From an uncultured delta proteobacterium (GTDB lineage Bacteria; Desulfobacterota; Desulfuromonadia; Desulfuromonadales; BM103), in NCBI GenBank assembly GCA_963715335.1, contig CAVQRZ010000021.1, positions 1-64,000 on the forward strand: a DNA stretch of 64,000 nt, read 5' to 3'. Positions 50,222-60,737 of the stretch are shown piece by piece. The position numbers were made by a program, and so were the translations under genes. The notes under the pieces are model-generated. The model had not been told where the DNA came from, did no database searches, and saw only the letters and a list, made by a program, of their open reading frames with translations. Positions within the stretch are counted from its first letter, which is position 1. Each line of letters begins with the position of its first letter.

Positions 50222-51202
50222 ATGGTAAAAATATCGCTTATGAAGTGGTTGAAACGCATATTTAACCCGCTTATGGCGTTTATCGGTATCCAGCTGGCTT
50301 GGGTCCTGGTGGTCATCGTCTGGCTGAACTGGTTCCTCGGCAGTCACCGCAAGTTGCGGCAACTGGCGGAAAAGTACAGCCCTGAGCTACTGGTAGGCGG
50401 CCCTGACTGGTTGATTCTCACCGAAGGTCTGCTGCTGCTGATTTCGATCCTGGTCGGCGTTTACGTCATCTTCCTCTACTGGAAAAAGCAGTCCGCCCTG
50501 GTCCGGGAACAACGCCATTTCATCTCCCAGGTCACCCACGAATTGAAATCTCCGCTGGCCTCGCTGCAGCTGCATCTGGAAACCGTTCGTCGCCACCAGC
50601 CGTCGCCGGAAAAACTGGCTGCGTTCATAGAGACGATGTTGAGCGATACGACCCGCTTGAATGGCCTGATAGACAACCTCCTTTCAGCCAGCCGGGTGGA
50701 ACAAAAGCACTGGCGGCTGGACCTGCAACCGATCGATTTCAGTGCCTTCGTCGAAAGATATTTCCGCACCCGGAAGTTCGCCCTGCCCAAGGCCGGCAAA
50801 CTGACCATGGAGATCACCCCGGGCATCCATGCGGCCATCGACCATGATGCCATGGAGACAGTCTTGCGCAACCTGCTGGAAAACGCGGTCCTCTACTCTG
50901 ACAAATCCCCGCGGATTACTGTGAGCCTGGGCATGGAAGGAAAGAATTGCTGCCTGGCCATCGCCGACCATGGCCGCGGCATTGAATTCTACGAGCAGAA
51001 AAAAATCTTCAACATGTTCTACCGCATCCGCCGCAAGGACGAGAACATTCGCGGCACGGGGCTCGGCTTGTTCATCGTGCACGCCATCGTCCGCCGCCAT
51101 CACGGTCAGGTCAAGGTGGAGAGCAAGGGCAAGGGCCATGGCACTACCTTCAAAATCTGTCTGCCGCCGGCATCTTTGCCGGACACTGCGGAGGCCTCAT
51201 GA
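50222..51202 (+). CDS. Sensor histidine kinase
   Basis: Two TMs, THELKSPL, NLLENAVLY, DHGRG, GTGLGL; start may be 50240. Confidence 0.92.
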   Translation: MVKISLMKWLKRIFNPLMAFIGIQLAWVLVVIVWLNWFLGSHRKLRQLAEKYSPELLVGGPDWLILTEGLLLLISILVGVYVIFLYWKKQSALVREQRHFISQVTHELKSPLASLQLHLETVRRHQPSPEKLAAFIETMLSDTTRLNGLIDNLLSASRVEQKHWRLDLQPIDFSAFVERYFRTRKFALPKAGKLTMEITPGIHAAIDHDAMETVLRNLLENAVLYSDKSPRITVSLGMEGKNCCLAIADHGRGIEFYEQKKIFNMFYRIRRKDENIRGTGLGLFIVHAIVRRHHGQVKVESKGKGHGTTFKICLPPASLPDTAEAS

Positions 51203-51912
51203 GGCCACCACGTATCCTTCTCGTCGAAGACGAAGAACATATCGCCCAGGGCCTGGTTTTCAACCTGGAACGGGAGGGCTACCGTGTTACTCACGCGGCG
51301 ACCGGGGCCGCCGCCATGCAGGTCTTCGCCAACAAGCGGTTCGACCTGGTCGTTCTCGACCTGATGCTGCCCGACAGCCACGGTATAGACCTCTGTCAAC
51401 AGATGCGCGAAACCTCGCCGCAGTTGCCGATCCTCATCCTCACAGCTTTGGGCGAAGAGCAGAATCGGGTTAAGGGCTTGCGGGTTGGCGCCGACGACTA
51501 CCTGAGCAAGCCATTCAACCTCGAAGAGTTCCTGCTGCGGATCAGGGGCATGCTGAAACGATCGGCATGGTATCAGCCGGGCTTCAACAGGAACGAGCAT
51601 TACCGGTTCGACGGCAACCGCGTCGACCTGAAGAACCTCCAGGCAGACACGGCCAACGGCGCAATCCGACTCACCGAACTGGAAGGCCGCATGCTGGAGA
51701 CTTTCTTTGCCCGTGAAGGGGAGACCCTGACCCGTGCCGAGCTGTTGAGATCGGTGTGGGGCATGGCAGAAGACACCGAAACCCGCACCCTCGACAACTT
51801 CGTCGTCAGGCTGCGCAAATATTTTGAGCAGGACCCGACCAACCCCCGGCACTTCCTGACGGTGCGGGGGCGCGGTTACCGGTTTGTCAGGGAGGGGGAA
51901 GGAAGCTCATAG
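51199..51912 (+). CDS. OmpR-family response regulator
   Basis: LLVEDE, DLMLP, KPF, winged helix (TVRGRGY). Confidence 0.93.
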   Translation: MRPPRILLVEDEEHIAQGLVFNLEREGYRVTHAATGAAAMQVFANKRFDLVVLDLMLPDSHGIDLCQQMRETSPQLPILILTALGEEQNRVKGLRVGADDYLSKPFNLEEFLLRIRGMLKRSAWYQPGFNRNEHYRFDGNRVDLKNLQADTANGAIRLTELEGRMLETFFAREGETLTRAELLRSVWGMAEDTETRTLDNFVVRLRKYFEQDPTNPRHFLTVRGRGYRFVREGEGSS

Positions 51913-52049
51913 GTATTCAGAATCCAGTATTCAGAATCCAGTATTCAGAATTCAGTAGAAAACCAGTGCAGAACATCTGGTATAAAAGAATTCAAGCTGA
52001 GCCAAGACAACAGCAGTCTTAACTTCTGGATACTGAATACTGAATTCTG
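51913..52049. repeat. Inverted arrays of 7/14-nt repeats
   Basis: (GTATTCAGAATCCA)n at 51913-51958 and complementary TTCTGGATACTGAATACTGAATTCTG at 52024-52049. Confidence 0.7.
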
Positions 52050-52088
52050 TATCCTAATATTTCAACTTTTGACACGCGGAGGATAAAT

Positions 52089-53078
52089 ATGAAAGCAGTA
52101 TTGATGGATAAATTCGGCGGCGTGGACGTACTCAAGGTCGGCGAAGTCGACAAGCCGACCCCGAAAGAGGGCGAAGTCCTGGTCAAGGTCGTTGCCACCT
52201 CGATCAACCGTCCCGACCTGGTCCAGCGCCAGGGCAACTACCCGCCCCCTCCCGGAGACTCCGAGATCCTCGGCCTGGAAGTCTCGGGGACCATAGCAGA
52301 AATCGGCCAGGGAGTATCAGGATGGAGCGTTGGCGACCGGGTTATCAGTCTGGTCGGCGGCGGCGGTTACGCCGAGTACGCCGTGGCCTACGCCAGCCAC
52401 CTGATGCGCATCCCCGACAGCGTCAACTTCGAAGAAGCCGCCTGCATCTGCGAGTCCTACATTACCGCGTTCCTCAACATCTTCATGATCGGTGATTTCC
52501 AGGACGGCCAGACCGCGATCATCCACGGCGGCGGCGGCGGCGTCAACACGGCAGCAATTCAGCTCAGCAAGGCGCTGACGCCGAACAGCAAGCTGATCGT
52601 CACGGCCCATCCGACCAAGATGGCCCGGGTCGGCGATCTTGGCGTCGATATGGTTATCAACTACGTTGAGAATCCGGACTTTACCGAAATTGTCAAGGAG
52701 TACACGAACAAGAAGGGTGTTGACCTGGTCCTCGACCATGTCGGTGCCAAGTATCTCGACCCGAACATGAAATCGCTCGCCTACAAGGGCAAACTGGTCC
52801 TGATCGGGGTCATCAGCGGCATCAAGGCCGAGCTCAACCTGGCCCTGATGATGGTCAAACGCCAACAGATCATCGGCTCTGTGCTGCGCTCCCGCCCGGT
52901 GCCGGAAAAAGCCGAGATCGTCGCCGAGTTCACCCGGCGCGCTCTGCCGAAATTCGCCGACCGCACCATTGTCCCAATCATCGAGAAGACGTTTACTATC
53001 GACGAGGTAGTCGAAGCCCATCGGATGATGGAAGAGGACAAACACTTCGGCAAGATTGTCTTGAAAATTTCTGGCTGA
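52089..53078 (+). CDS. NAD(P)H-quinone oxidoreductase (PIG3/zeta-crystallin type)
   Basis: INRPDL.QR.G.YPPP.G.SEILGLEVSG, GS.LRSR, HFGKIVL. Confidence 0.9.
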   Translation: MKAVLMDKFGGVDVLKVGEVDKPTPKEGEVLVKVVATSINRPDLVQRQGNYPPPPGDSEILGLEVSGTIAEIGQGVSGWSVGDRVISLVGGGGYAEYAVAYASHLMRIPDSVNFEEAACICESYITAFLNIFMIGDFQDGQTAIIHGGGGGVNTAAIQLSKALTPNSKLIVTAHPTKMARVGDLGVDMVINYVENPDFTEIVKEYTNKKGVDLVLDHVGAKYLDPNMKSLAYKGKLVLIGVISGIKAELNLALMMVKRQQIIGSVLRSRPVPEKAEIVAEFTRRALPKFADRTIVPIIEKTFTIDEVVEAHRMMEEDKHFGKIVLKISG

Positions 53079-53096
53079 CGTGAGGCCTAGAGACGC

Positions 53097-53609
53097 ATGC
53101 GTACAGATTGTGCCCTGAATATTATCCTGATCGGCATGCCTGGTGCCGGCAAGAGTACGGTTGGCGTACTCCTGGCAAAACGCCTCGGCTACAACTTTGT
53201 CGATACCGACCTGTTGCTGCAGACCGAACAGCGCGGTCGCCTGCAGGAGATCATCGCTCGTGCAGGAATGGAGCGGTTCAAGGAGCTCGAAGCGGACAAC
53301 CTCTGCGGCCTGGCGACCACTCATAGCGTAGTTGCAACCGGAGGCTCGGCGGTGTATAGTGCGCGGGCCATGGACCGCCTCAGGGCGCTGGGACAGCTGG
53401 TATTTATCGACATCCCGCTCGAAGAACTGCTGACCAGAGTCCATGACATGGATACTCGCGGTCTGGTTATTGCCCCGGGCGAAAGCTACGAGCAGCTTTA
53501 CCTGGAGCGCCAGCCGCTCTATGAAAAATACGCTGAAATAACCATTTCGGGCGGCGGCATGGCAGTGGAAGCTGTTGCCGCGGCGATCGAAGAACAGGTC
53601 TGCGGATAA
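53097..53609 (+). CDS. Shikimate kinase-family protein
   Basis: IILIGMPGAGKSTVG, FVDTD, VVATGGS, ER.PLYEKYA. Confidence 0.8.
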   Translation: MRTDCALNIILIGMPGAGKSTVGVLLAKRLGYNFVDTDLLLQTEQRGRLQEIIARAGMERFKELEADNLCGLATTHSVVATGGSAVYSARAMDRLRALGQLVFIDIPLEELLTRVHDMDTRGLVIAPGESYEQLYLERQPLYEKYAEITISGGGMAVEAVAAAIEEQVCG

Positions 53610-53639
53610 GCTGACCGACAACCTACGATTTTAAGCTAT

Positions 53640-54350
53640 ATGTCATTCGGGAAATACTTCAATAAAGGGCAGAAGGTTTTTATCAAGCGGGTCTACAGCG
53701 ATGAAGAACCGCCCGCCGTGGATACGATCACCGGCTATGCCATGCGCAGCCAGCCGATGCAGCTGGACCTGGCCCTGCCTTACGGATCGGACGCAGCCGA
53801 CTCCTACCCTTTCGAACCAGAGATGAAGTTCGAGGTCATGACCGACAGCAAGGGGATGGGGTTGCGCCTGACCGCAGCGTTCGTCGAGAAAATCAGCAGC
53901 CAGGACATCCGATTGGAGTTTGCAGGGGACCTGGAGTTTATCTCCCGCAGGATTTACCCGCGCGTTGACGTCAACGCCTGGGTGGGGCTCAAGCGCGGCG
54001 AGGGCAATCTCTCGGCAATGCGTCAGCTCTGGCGAGAGCACCTGGATAAAATCAGGTCAGGGGTTTCCGCTGCAGAGTTCACCGAATTCAACAAATACCT
54101 GGTCAACCTTGCCGGTGGCGGAATGCGCCTGCCCATGCAGCCGCCGATCAACATGGCTGAGCTGGTTTTGGTCTATCTGTCGATCGGCGACAAGAAAGGG
54201 ATCATCTGTGGCCTTGCCGAGGTAATCTGGGTCGGGGAGGAGCAGAGCAACGGTCTGCAACTGGGCGGATTACGCTTCCTGAACATCCTTGAAGAAGACC
54301 AGGCCCGGCTAGATGCGGTCGTCAAGGGGCTCCTCGATCGTCTGGCTTAA
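53640..54350 (+). CDS. PilZ-domain protein
   Basis: RRIYPR (RxxxR) and NLAGGG motifs, GLRFLNI. Confidence 0.75.
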   Translation: MSFGKYFNKGQKVFIKRVYSDEEPPAVDTITGYAMRSQPMQLDLALPYGSDAADSYPFEPEMKFEVMTDSKGMGLRLTAAFVEKISSQDIRLEFAGDLEFISRRIYPRVDVNAWVGLKRGEGNLSAMRQLWREHLDKIRSGVSAAEFTEFNKYLVNLAGGGMRLPMQPPINMAELVLVYLSIGDKKGIICGLAEVIWVGEEQSNGLQLGGLRFLNILEEDQARLDAVVKGLLDRLA

Positions 54351-54377
54351 CCGGCGCAGTAGAGAGTGGTCAGGCGA

Positions 54378-54977
54378 TCATTCCCCTGCGACAACCTTGC
54401 TGTTCAACTTTTCCCATAAAGTCTCATCCCGCCCGACAAAAACACTTTCCTCATCCGCCGGCACAACATGCCAGTCCCCGCGTTGCATTTCATGATTCAG
54501 TTGCCCGGGAGCCCATCCGGTATACCCGACAAAAGCCCGGTATTCGATCACTTCTACAGCGAAGTCAGGCCACACATCAAGAACCCCGACACCCGTTACA
54601 TAGGTGTTCGCAAGGATTTTTTCGGCCGGTTCAGGAGGGTCGTTGTGCACCTTGACCAGGGCGAGCAGGGAATCCGGGTCAACCGGCCCACCATAGGATA
54701 AAGTCTGCCCCTGTCGGTCGAGTTGCGACTCTTTTGGCAGGACGGCATTCAACGGCAGCCTGCTGCCCCGGTTGATGATCAACCCGGCGGAGCCCTCTGC
54801 ATCATGCCGGATCAGCAGGATCACCCGGGACTTGAAACGCGGGTCGGCCATTCCCTCATCGGCAACCAGGAACATCCCTTTGGCCGGGACGAAAGCGTGC
54901 AGGCCCAATGGGGTAAAAACCGTGTACAACGCCAGAGACAAAAAGAGAACCTTCAAGGGTTGCAGCAGCTTGATCAT
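54378..54977 (-). CDS. YqgE/AlgH (DUF179) family protein with N-terminal signal-like peptide
   Basis: FLVA...MADPRF..RVILL, GLIINR, YGGPV, GYTGWAPGQL..E. Confidence 0.85.
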   Translation of the reverse strand: MIKLLQPLKVLFLSLALYTVFTPLGLHAFVPAKGMFLVADEGMADPRFKSRVILLIRHDAEGSAGLIINRGSRLPLNAVLPKESQLDRQGQTLSYGGPVDPDSLLALVKVHNDPPEPAEKILANTYVTGVGVLDVWPDFAVEVIEYRAFVGYTGWAPGQLNHEMQRGDWHVVPADEESVFVGRDETLWEKLNSKVVAGE

Positions 54978-56146
54978 TATTGCTCCTTATTCGAGTTGGG
55001 CAACAGCACCCAGAATTTTGCGGTTTGTTTCATGCTCCCGGCCTTTGCCCCGGCGTCATCACCCATTCCCCAGAAAAAATCGCCGCGAACCCGACCCTTG
55101 ATCGCGCCTCCCGTGTCCTGTGCCATCATCAGGCGCTGCAGCGGCTGGGCGCTGTTCGGCCAGCTTGTCTCGACAAAGACCGGCGTGCCAAGGGGGATAT
55201 AACGCCGGTCAACGGCGATGCTGCGCCCCGGCGTCAGGGGAACCCCGAGCGCACCGGGCGGGCTCTTCACCTTGCTGTCCAGTTCACGGAAGAATACATA
55301 ACTCGGGTTCTGGTTGAGCAGGGCGTCGACTTCCATCGGATTGTTTCTCGCCCACTTGCTGATGTTCTGCATTGACATCTCGTGACGCTCCATGAGACCA
55401 CGATCAATCAGGTACTTGCCGATCGACCTGTATGGATGGCCGTTCTGATCAGCGTAGTTGACCATGATCGACTCGCCATTATCCAGCAGGATGCGCCCTG
55501 AGCCCTGGATATGGAGGAAAAAGAGTTCAACGGGATCGGCCACCCAGAAAAGCTCTTGGCCGGCCAGGGGTCGGTCATAACTGTCTATACCGCTCCGGTC
55601 CCAGTAAGGGATGACCCGCTGGCCGTCAAGGCGTCCGCGTAGCCGGTAATCCCCCAGGTCTGGATAAACATCACTCAGGTCGATGGTCAGCAGGTTATCG
55701 GGACGACGATAGAGCGGGTACGGGTATTCCGAGGACGCATAGCGACTGCCCTTCAGGTCCGGGACGTAATAGCCCGTCATCAGACCTTCGAAAGTGCCAT
55801 CCGGCTGTTGGACCTGGTGCGGCACAAAATTCCGTTCAAAGAATTGCCGCGCCTCATCCTCTCCAGCTTGCACCATGGCGGCTGCCTGCTGGCAGGGTGC
55901 CTGCCACTCCGGGCGCCAGCGCAAAGCACTGCAACTCTCGAGGAAAGCGCCAAGCGCCTGGCTTGGGTCATCCTTGCGCCAGCCGGGAATCTCCTGCCAG
56001 GTGACAGGCCGCAGAACCGGGACCTCTTCTGCAGCGATCGGCCCTTCAACCACAGGAACTTCAACCACCGGTGGTGGTTCGGGCGGGCGGGCACAGGAGG
56101 CCAGCAGGATGAAAAGTATTACAATCAGCCAACGTTGTCTGAACAT
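54977..56146 (-). CDS. mltA: Membrane-bound lytic transglycosylase A
   Basis: Lipobox LASC, TGYY.P, HIQGSG, NPSYVFF, AQDTGGAIKG..RGDFFWG. Confidence 0.93.
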   Translation of the reverse strand: MFRQRWLIVILFILLASCARPPEPPPVVEVPVVEGPIAAEEVPVLRPVTWQEIPGWRKDDPSQALGAFLESCSALRWRPEWQAPCQQAAAMVQAGEDEARQFFERNFVPHQVQQPDGTFEGLMTGYYVPDLKGSRYASSEYPYPLYRRPDNLLTIDLSDVYPDLGDYRLRGRLDGQRVIPYWDRSGIDSYDRPLAGQELFWVADPVELFFLHIQGSGRILLDNGESIMVNYADQNGHPYRSIGKYLIDRGLMERHEMSMQNISKWARNNPMEVDALLNQNPSYVFFRELDSKVKSPPGALGVPLTPGRSIAVDRRYIPLGTPVFVETSWPNSAQPLQRLMMAQDTGGAIKGRVRGDFFWGMGDDAGAKAGSMKQTAKFWVLLPNSNKEQ

Positions 56147-56179
56147 TTATCCTCTCACTCTCGCAAACGATCTCCTACA

Positions 56180-58387
56180 TCAGAACATATCGACCGGATC
56201 AATATCAACTGTCAGTTGCACACCCGGCGGCAGTCCCTTTTTCAACCTGCCCAACAAGGCAATATTCCTGCGCAGGGGGTCGCGCTGTTTCGCCTTGAGC
56301 AGGATCTGCATACGGTGCCGGTTGCGCAGGCGCGCCAACAGACAAGGTGCCGGCCCGAGCACTTCGACATCATCACCTGCCCGGGCGAGTTCGTCTGCCA
56401 ACCGCTTTGCGGCCTCTTTCACCCTGGCCGCATCGTTACTGCTTAAAACCAGGTTGACCAGGTGACCGAAAGGCGGGTATGCCAGGGCTTGGCGCTGGGT
56501 CAGCTCCAGTTCGGCAAAGCCGCGATAATCATGCCGCGTCACGTACTCGAGAGCAGAATTGTCCACAGCGTAGGTCTGAATCAGGACTCGCCCGGGACGA
56601 TCGCCCCGCCCTGCTCGCCCGGCGACTTGACTGAGCAGGGAGAAAACCCGTTCGGCGCTGCGGAAGTCGGGCATGTTGAGCGCAGTGTCGGCATTGAGGA
56701 CCCCGACCAGGGTCACTGCCGGGAAATCATGGCCCTTGGCTATCATCTGTGTACCGATCAGGACATCAATCTCTCCGGCCGACATCCGATCGATCAGGCA
56801 ATGGTGGGCCCCTTTGCGCATGGTGGTATCGCGATCCATCCGCGCCACCCTGGCGTCGGGAAAATTCCGCCGGATTTCCTCTTCAAGACGCTCCGTACCC
56901 ATGCCTTCGGGGAGCAGCCTGGCACCGCTGCAGCGATCACAGCTATCCGGAGGCGCTTGGCGGAAGTCACAGTAATGGCAGCGCAGGGAACGCTGCACCT
57001 GCGAATACGTCAGGGTGATGTCGCAGTTCAGGCAGCGCAGGGCGGCGCCACAGTCGTGACAGAGGAGAAACGGAGCGTACCCTCTGCGATTGAGCAGCAG
57101 CAACGCCTGTTCACCGGCCACCAGGGTTTCCTCAAGGGCCCCTTGCAGGGCTTCACTCAACAGGCTTTCTTGCCGGTGTTCGGAAAGATCGATCAAGTGG
57201 ACACTGGGTAGAGTTCGCTCAGCGGTACGTTCGGGTAGTTCCAGGTAGGTAAGATGCTCATCCATCGCCCGCTGGTAGGTCGTCAGGGCCGGTGTGGCGC
57301 TCCCCAGGAGAACAACGGTCTGGTCACGCTGGCCGCGCATCAGGGCCAGGTCACGTGCATTATAGCGAAAGCCTTCCGATTGTTTATAGCTGCCGTCGTG
57401 CTCTTCGTCTACGACGATCAACCCCAGGTCATCAAGAGGCGCAAAGACCGCCGAACGCGCGCCGATCACCACATCTATATCGCCACGGGCAACCCTGCAC
57501 CAGGCATCGTAACGCTCTCCATCCGATAATCCCGAATGCAGCACGGCCAAGTTGACATCAAGGTCCCGGAACCAGCTGCGGAACCGGGCAACCAGTTGTG
57601 GAGTCAGGGCAATTTCAGGGACCAGGACCAATGCCTGGCGACCACGTTCCAGGGTTTGTGCGACGGCGCGCAAATAGACTTCGGTTTTGCCGCTGCCGGT
57701 CACACCATGCAGGAGAAAAGACTGAAACCGTTCCGACTGCAGGGCCTGACCGACGCGGTCGACGGCCTCCTGCTGGGCCGGATTCAACACAACGGCATGA
57801 TGCTCTTGCACGGCAATTTCGGCAAAAGGGTCCCGGAGTTTTTCGATTTCTTCGAACTCAAGGAAGCCAAGCTCCACCAGCCGCTGCAGGGCGGCGTGAG
57901 GTGCTGGGAATTTACCGCGAAGCTGGCTCAGGCTGGCAGATTTTTCTCCCCGGATGAACCCGAGGATCTCGCGTTGACGCCCGCCTTTTGGTTCTTCATC
58001 CCTTGCCGTTGGCCGATAAAGCCTGTCACGCAAGACCGGCGGGGTGACATCCGGTGCAGAGAGTCCTGCCGGCAGCGCCGTGCGCACGGCCTCACCGGGC
58101 GGATAATCGTAATAACGCGCAGCGCGCAGGTAGAATGAAGCATGGCGTTCGTGAAACAGGGGGTGAGGATCGATGATTTCCAGTATCTCTTTCAAGGCTG
58201 CGCCGTCCGGAGCAACCCGCTTCATGACATATCCGACTACCTGCCGGCGCCCAAGAGGCACCCGCACGCGACTGCCGACCTGGAGGTTCCCGGCCAGCCT
58301 TTCTGGCACGGCATAGGTAAGGGTTTTGTCGAGGGGCGCGACGACAGCGATTTCTGCCGCCTGCAGATTTTGTGTTTCAGATGTCAT
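56180..58387 (-). CDS. priA: Primosomal protein N'
   Basis: GVTGSGKTEVY, DEEHD, CxxC zinc motifs, GTQMIAKGHDFP. Confidence 0.97.
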   Translation of the reverse strand: MTSETQNLQAAEIAVVAPLDKTLTYAVPERLAGNLQVGSRVRVPLGRRQVVGYVMKRVAPDGAALKEILEIIDPHPLFHERHASFYLRAARYYDYPPGEAVRTALPAGLSAPDVTPPVLRDRLYRPTARDEEPKGGRQREILGFIRGEKSASLSQLRGKFPAPHAALQRLVELGFLEFEEIEKLRDPFAEIAVQEHHAVVLNPAQQEAVDRVGQALQSERFQSFLLHGVTGSGKTEVYLRAVAQTLERGRQALVLVPEIALTPQLVARFRSWFRDLDVNLAVLHSGLSDGERYDAWCRVARGDIDVVIGARSAVFAPLDDLGLIVVDEEHDGSYKQSEGFRYNARDLALMRGQRDQTVVLLGSATPALTTYQRAMDEHLTYLELPERTAERTLPSVHLIDLSEHRQESLLSEALQGALEETLVAGEQALLLLNRRGYAPFLLCHDCGAALRCLNCDITLTYSQVQRSLRCHYCDFRQAPPDSCDRCSGARLLPEGMGTERLEEEIRRNFPDARVARMDRDTTMRKGAHHCLIDRMSAGEIDVLIGTQMIAKGHDFPAVTLVGVLNADTALNMPDFRSAERVFSLLSQVAGRAGRGDRPGRVLIQTYAVDNSALEYVTRHDYRGFAELELTQRQALAYPPFGHLVNLVLSSNDAARVKEAAKRLADELARAGDDVEVLGPAPCLLARLRNRHRMQILLKAKQRDPLRRNIALLGRLKKGLPPGVQLTVDIDPVDMF

Positions 58388-58439
58388 GAAAGGTTCGCAT
58401 GCTGCTCGCTAAAGGATACTAACAATCCAAAAAACAGAA

Positions 58440-58518
58440 TTTAACGCAAAGGCGCAAAGGTCAAAAAAACAAGACGCAAAAGGGGGCCTTCATCAAAGAC
58501 TAACCTTTGCGTCTTTTA
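58440..58518. repeat. REP-like inverted repeat
   Basis: AACGCAAAGGCGCAAAG...AAGACGCAAAAGG / CCTTTGCGTCTT. Confidence 0.45.
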
Positions 58519-58562
58519 GTTTGTCTGTTCTGAACTGTGGTCTGGAAGTCTTACTGTTGCAT

Positions 58563-59765
58563 TCAAGCCGCTTCCGGACCCGCCACCTGCGCTGCGAACT
58601 GGCGGGCAAACTCACGGCATTCCTCGAGGTTTTCTTCTGTCGGCGTAAAGCGCAAGGTCAAGCCGGGAACCGGTATCTTGAAGCGCAACCCCTTCAGACG
58701 ATCCTCGATCAGCTTCACGGCCTCACCGCTCCAGCCGAAAGAGCCAAAGGCCCCGGCAACTTTCGCCTTGGGCGTGACCAACGAGAAGAGTGACATGGCA
58801 TGCCAGGCTTGCGGCGGGGCATCACGGTTGATCGTCGAAGAGCCAATCAGGATCAGGTCGGCCAGTTCCAGTTCATCCCGCAGGTCGCCATCACGCATCT
58901 CGCACATGCGCATCACGACCACGTTGAACCCCTTGGCTTCAAGTTCCTCCCGTATAGTGGCCGCCATGGTGTGCGTGTTGCCGTGCGATGAAAGCGTCAG
59001 TAACAGGGCGCGAGGCTTCGGTTGCTTCGGCGGCAAAGCCGACCAGCGGCGGTAGGAATCTACCACGGCCCGGGGATCAATCCGACGGATCGGTCCGTGG
59101 GAAGGACAGATCATCTTCAATTCGAGCGCGTCGACCTTGGCCACGGCATCGCGAACCTTGTCCTTGAAAGGGCGCATGATGCAGTCAAAGTAGAAGTGAA
59201 AATCCTGGGAAAAGTCAGGGATTTCATCATCAAACAGCTTGCGCGCACAATAATGCGCACCAAACGCGTCGCAGGGGAAAAGGATCTCTTCCTCGACCAG
59301 ATAGGTGAATATGGTGTCCGGCCAGTGCAGGTAGGGCGCCAGAATAAAGCGCAGGGTCAGTCCGCCGAGGTCTATCTCTTCGCCGTCGCTGACCACATGC
59401 GCATTGAATGGACGGTTCAGCAGCTGGCTGAGGAAATTCTGCGACGGGCGGCTGCAATAAACCGGCAGATCCGGACGCAACTCGAGCAACCGGCCAAGGG
59501 CTCCGGAATGGTCTGGCTCGGTGTGGCTGATGACCACCAAATCGATTTTTTCCAGGCCGATCGCTGCTTCAATTTTATTAAGAAATTCGTCGGTAAAAGG
59601 GGCCTTGACCGTATCGATAAGTGCCGTTTTGTCTTGCCCGCGAACCACGTAGGAATTGTAGGTTGTGCCGTTGTGGGTCGGAAACAGTTCGTCAAAAATC
59701 TCCAGATCGGGATGCCGAACGCCAACCCAGGAGACATTATCGGTAACTTGCTGGTATTGCTCCAT
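58563..59765 (-). CDS. fprA: Flavodiiron protein (FprA type)
   Basis: Start MEQYQQ; GTTYNSY, HTEPDHSG, HWPD, CDAFG, PSHG, flavodoxin domain GSFGWSGE. Confidence 0.9.
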   Translation of the reverse strand: MEQYQQVTDNVSWVGVRHPDLEIFDELFPTHNGTTYNSYVVRGQDKTALIDTVKAPFTDEFLNKIEAAIGLEKIDLVVISHTEPDHSGALGRLLELRPDLPVYCSRPSQNFLSQLLNRPFNAHVVSDGEEIDLGGLTLRFILAPYLHWPDTIFTYLVEEEILFPCDAFGAHYCARKLFDDEIPDFSQDFHFYFDCIMRPFKDKVRDAVAKVDALELKMICPSHGPIRRIDPRAVVDSYRRWSALPPKQPKPRALLLTLSSHGNTHTMAATIREELEAKGFNVVVMRMCEMRDGDLRDELELADLILIGSSTINRDAPPQAWHAMSLFSLVTPKAKVAGAFGSFGWSGEAVKLIEDRLKGLRFKIPVPGLTLRFTPTEENLEECREFARQFAAQVAGPEAA

Positions 59766-59888
59766 AACTTGTATCGCCTTTCCTTTTCGAGATAGATCCC
59801 TATATAATTGTCGGATCATGCACTGTCATAAGATAATACAATCGCGCCATCCTGGCAACCACGGCAAGCACGCTTTTGGCAGGTTTTT

Positions 59889-60737
59889 ATGACCTGGCCC
59901 GTGCGCCGACGCAAAGGCATCAGCAGACGCCGGTTCCTTTCCCTCGGATTTGCCGGATTGACCGGGGCTTTGCTGGCAGAGACTGCATGGTACGAGCCAC
60001 AGGCCCTGCAGGTTGAACAAAGCTCCGTACCGTCTCCCTTGCCCGGCGGCCTGATCCGCATGGTGCAGGTCAGCGACCTGCATTTAAGCAGTTTTGACGA
60101 CTATTTCAAGAAGGTAGCGAACCAGGTTACCAGTCTGGAACCGGACCTGATTGTCCTGACCGGAGACTACCTTGAAGAGGAGAGAAATATCAGGGGTGTC
60201 CTGAATTTCCTGAAACAGCTGCACGCTCCGCACGGCATCTATGCCGTGCAGGGGAACTGGGAATACTGGTCAAGGCTGGAAGGAGAAAACCTGCGCAGGC
60301 ATTTCGCCGGTGTAGGGGTCAAACTCCTGATCAATGAACGTGCGGATCTTGAGATCAAGGGCCGGGCATTATCGATTTACGGCATGGACTACCCTTCTGC
60401 AAGCGATTACCTGCACCGTCTGCAACAAGACATCGACCCTCGACGTTTCAACCTGCTTTTATCTCATGTTCCGGCTTTCGCCCATGAACAACTGAGCAAA
60501 CACATCAACCTGGTCCTGAGCGGCCACACCCACGGCGGGCAGATCCGGTTGCCCTACCTGCCGCCATTCTACCTGCCACGCTATTCAGGCCGGTTCGTCG
60601 CCGGCTATTACCAGGTCAGCGAGCACCAGGTCCCGCTTTATGTCAGCCGCGGTGTCGGTACCAGCGTTCTACCCCTAAGGTTCCTCTGCCGCCCGGAAAT
60701 CGGGTTGTTTGAACTGGGAAGACAGTCAATCACCTAA
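59889..60737 (+). CDS. Metallophosphoesterase with Tat-like N-terminus
   Basis: SRRRFL, SDLH, TGD, GNWE, LSGHTHGGQ. Confidence 0.88.
   Translation: MTWPVRRRKGISRRRFLSLGFAGLTGALLAETAWYEPQALQVEQSSVPSPLPGGLIRMVQVSDLHLSSFDDYFKKVANQVTSLEPDLIVLTGDYLEEERNIRGVLNFLKQLHAPHGIYAVQGNWEYWSRLEGENLRRHFAGVGVKLLINERADLEIKGRALSIYGMDYPSASDYLHRLQQDIDPRRFNLLLSHVPAFAHEQLSKHINLVLSGHTHGGQIRLPYLPPFYLPRYSGRFVAGYYQVSEHQVPLYVSRGVGTSVLPLRFLCRPEIGLFELGRQSIT

Noticed and set aside
52317..53621. 434-aa minus-strand ORF, and similar long antisense ORFs (e.g. 17017-18174, 23525-24568, 27676-28692)
   Set aside because: Antisense to well-supported genes; expected from GC-rich codon bias
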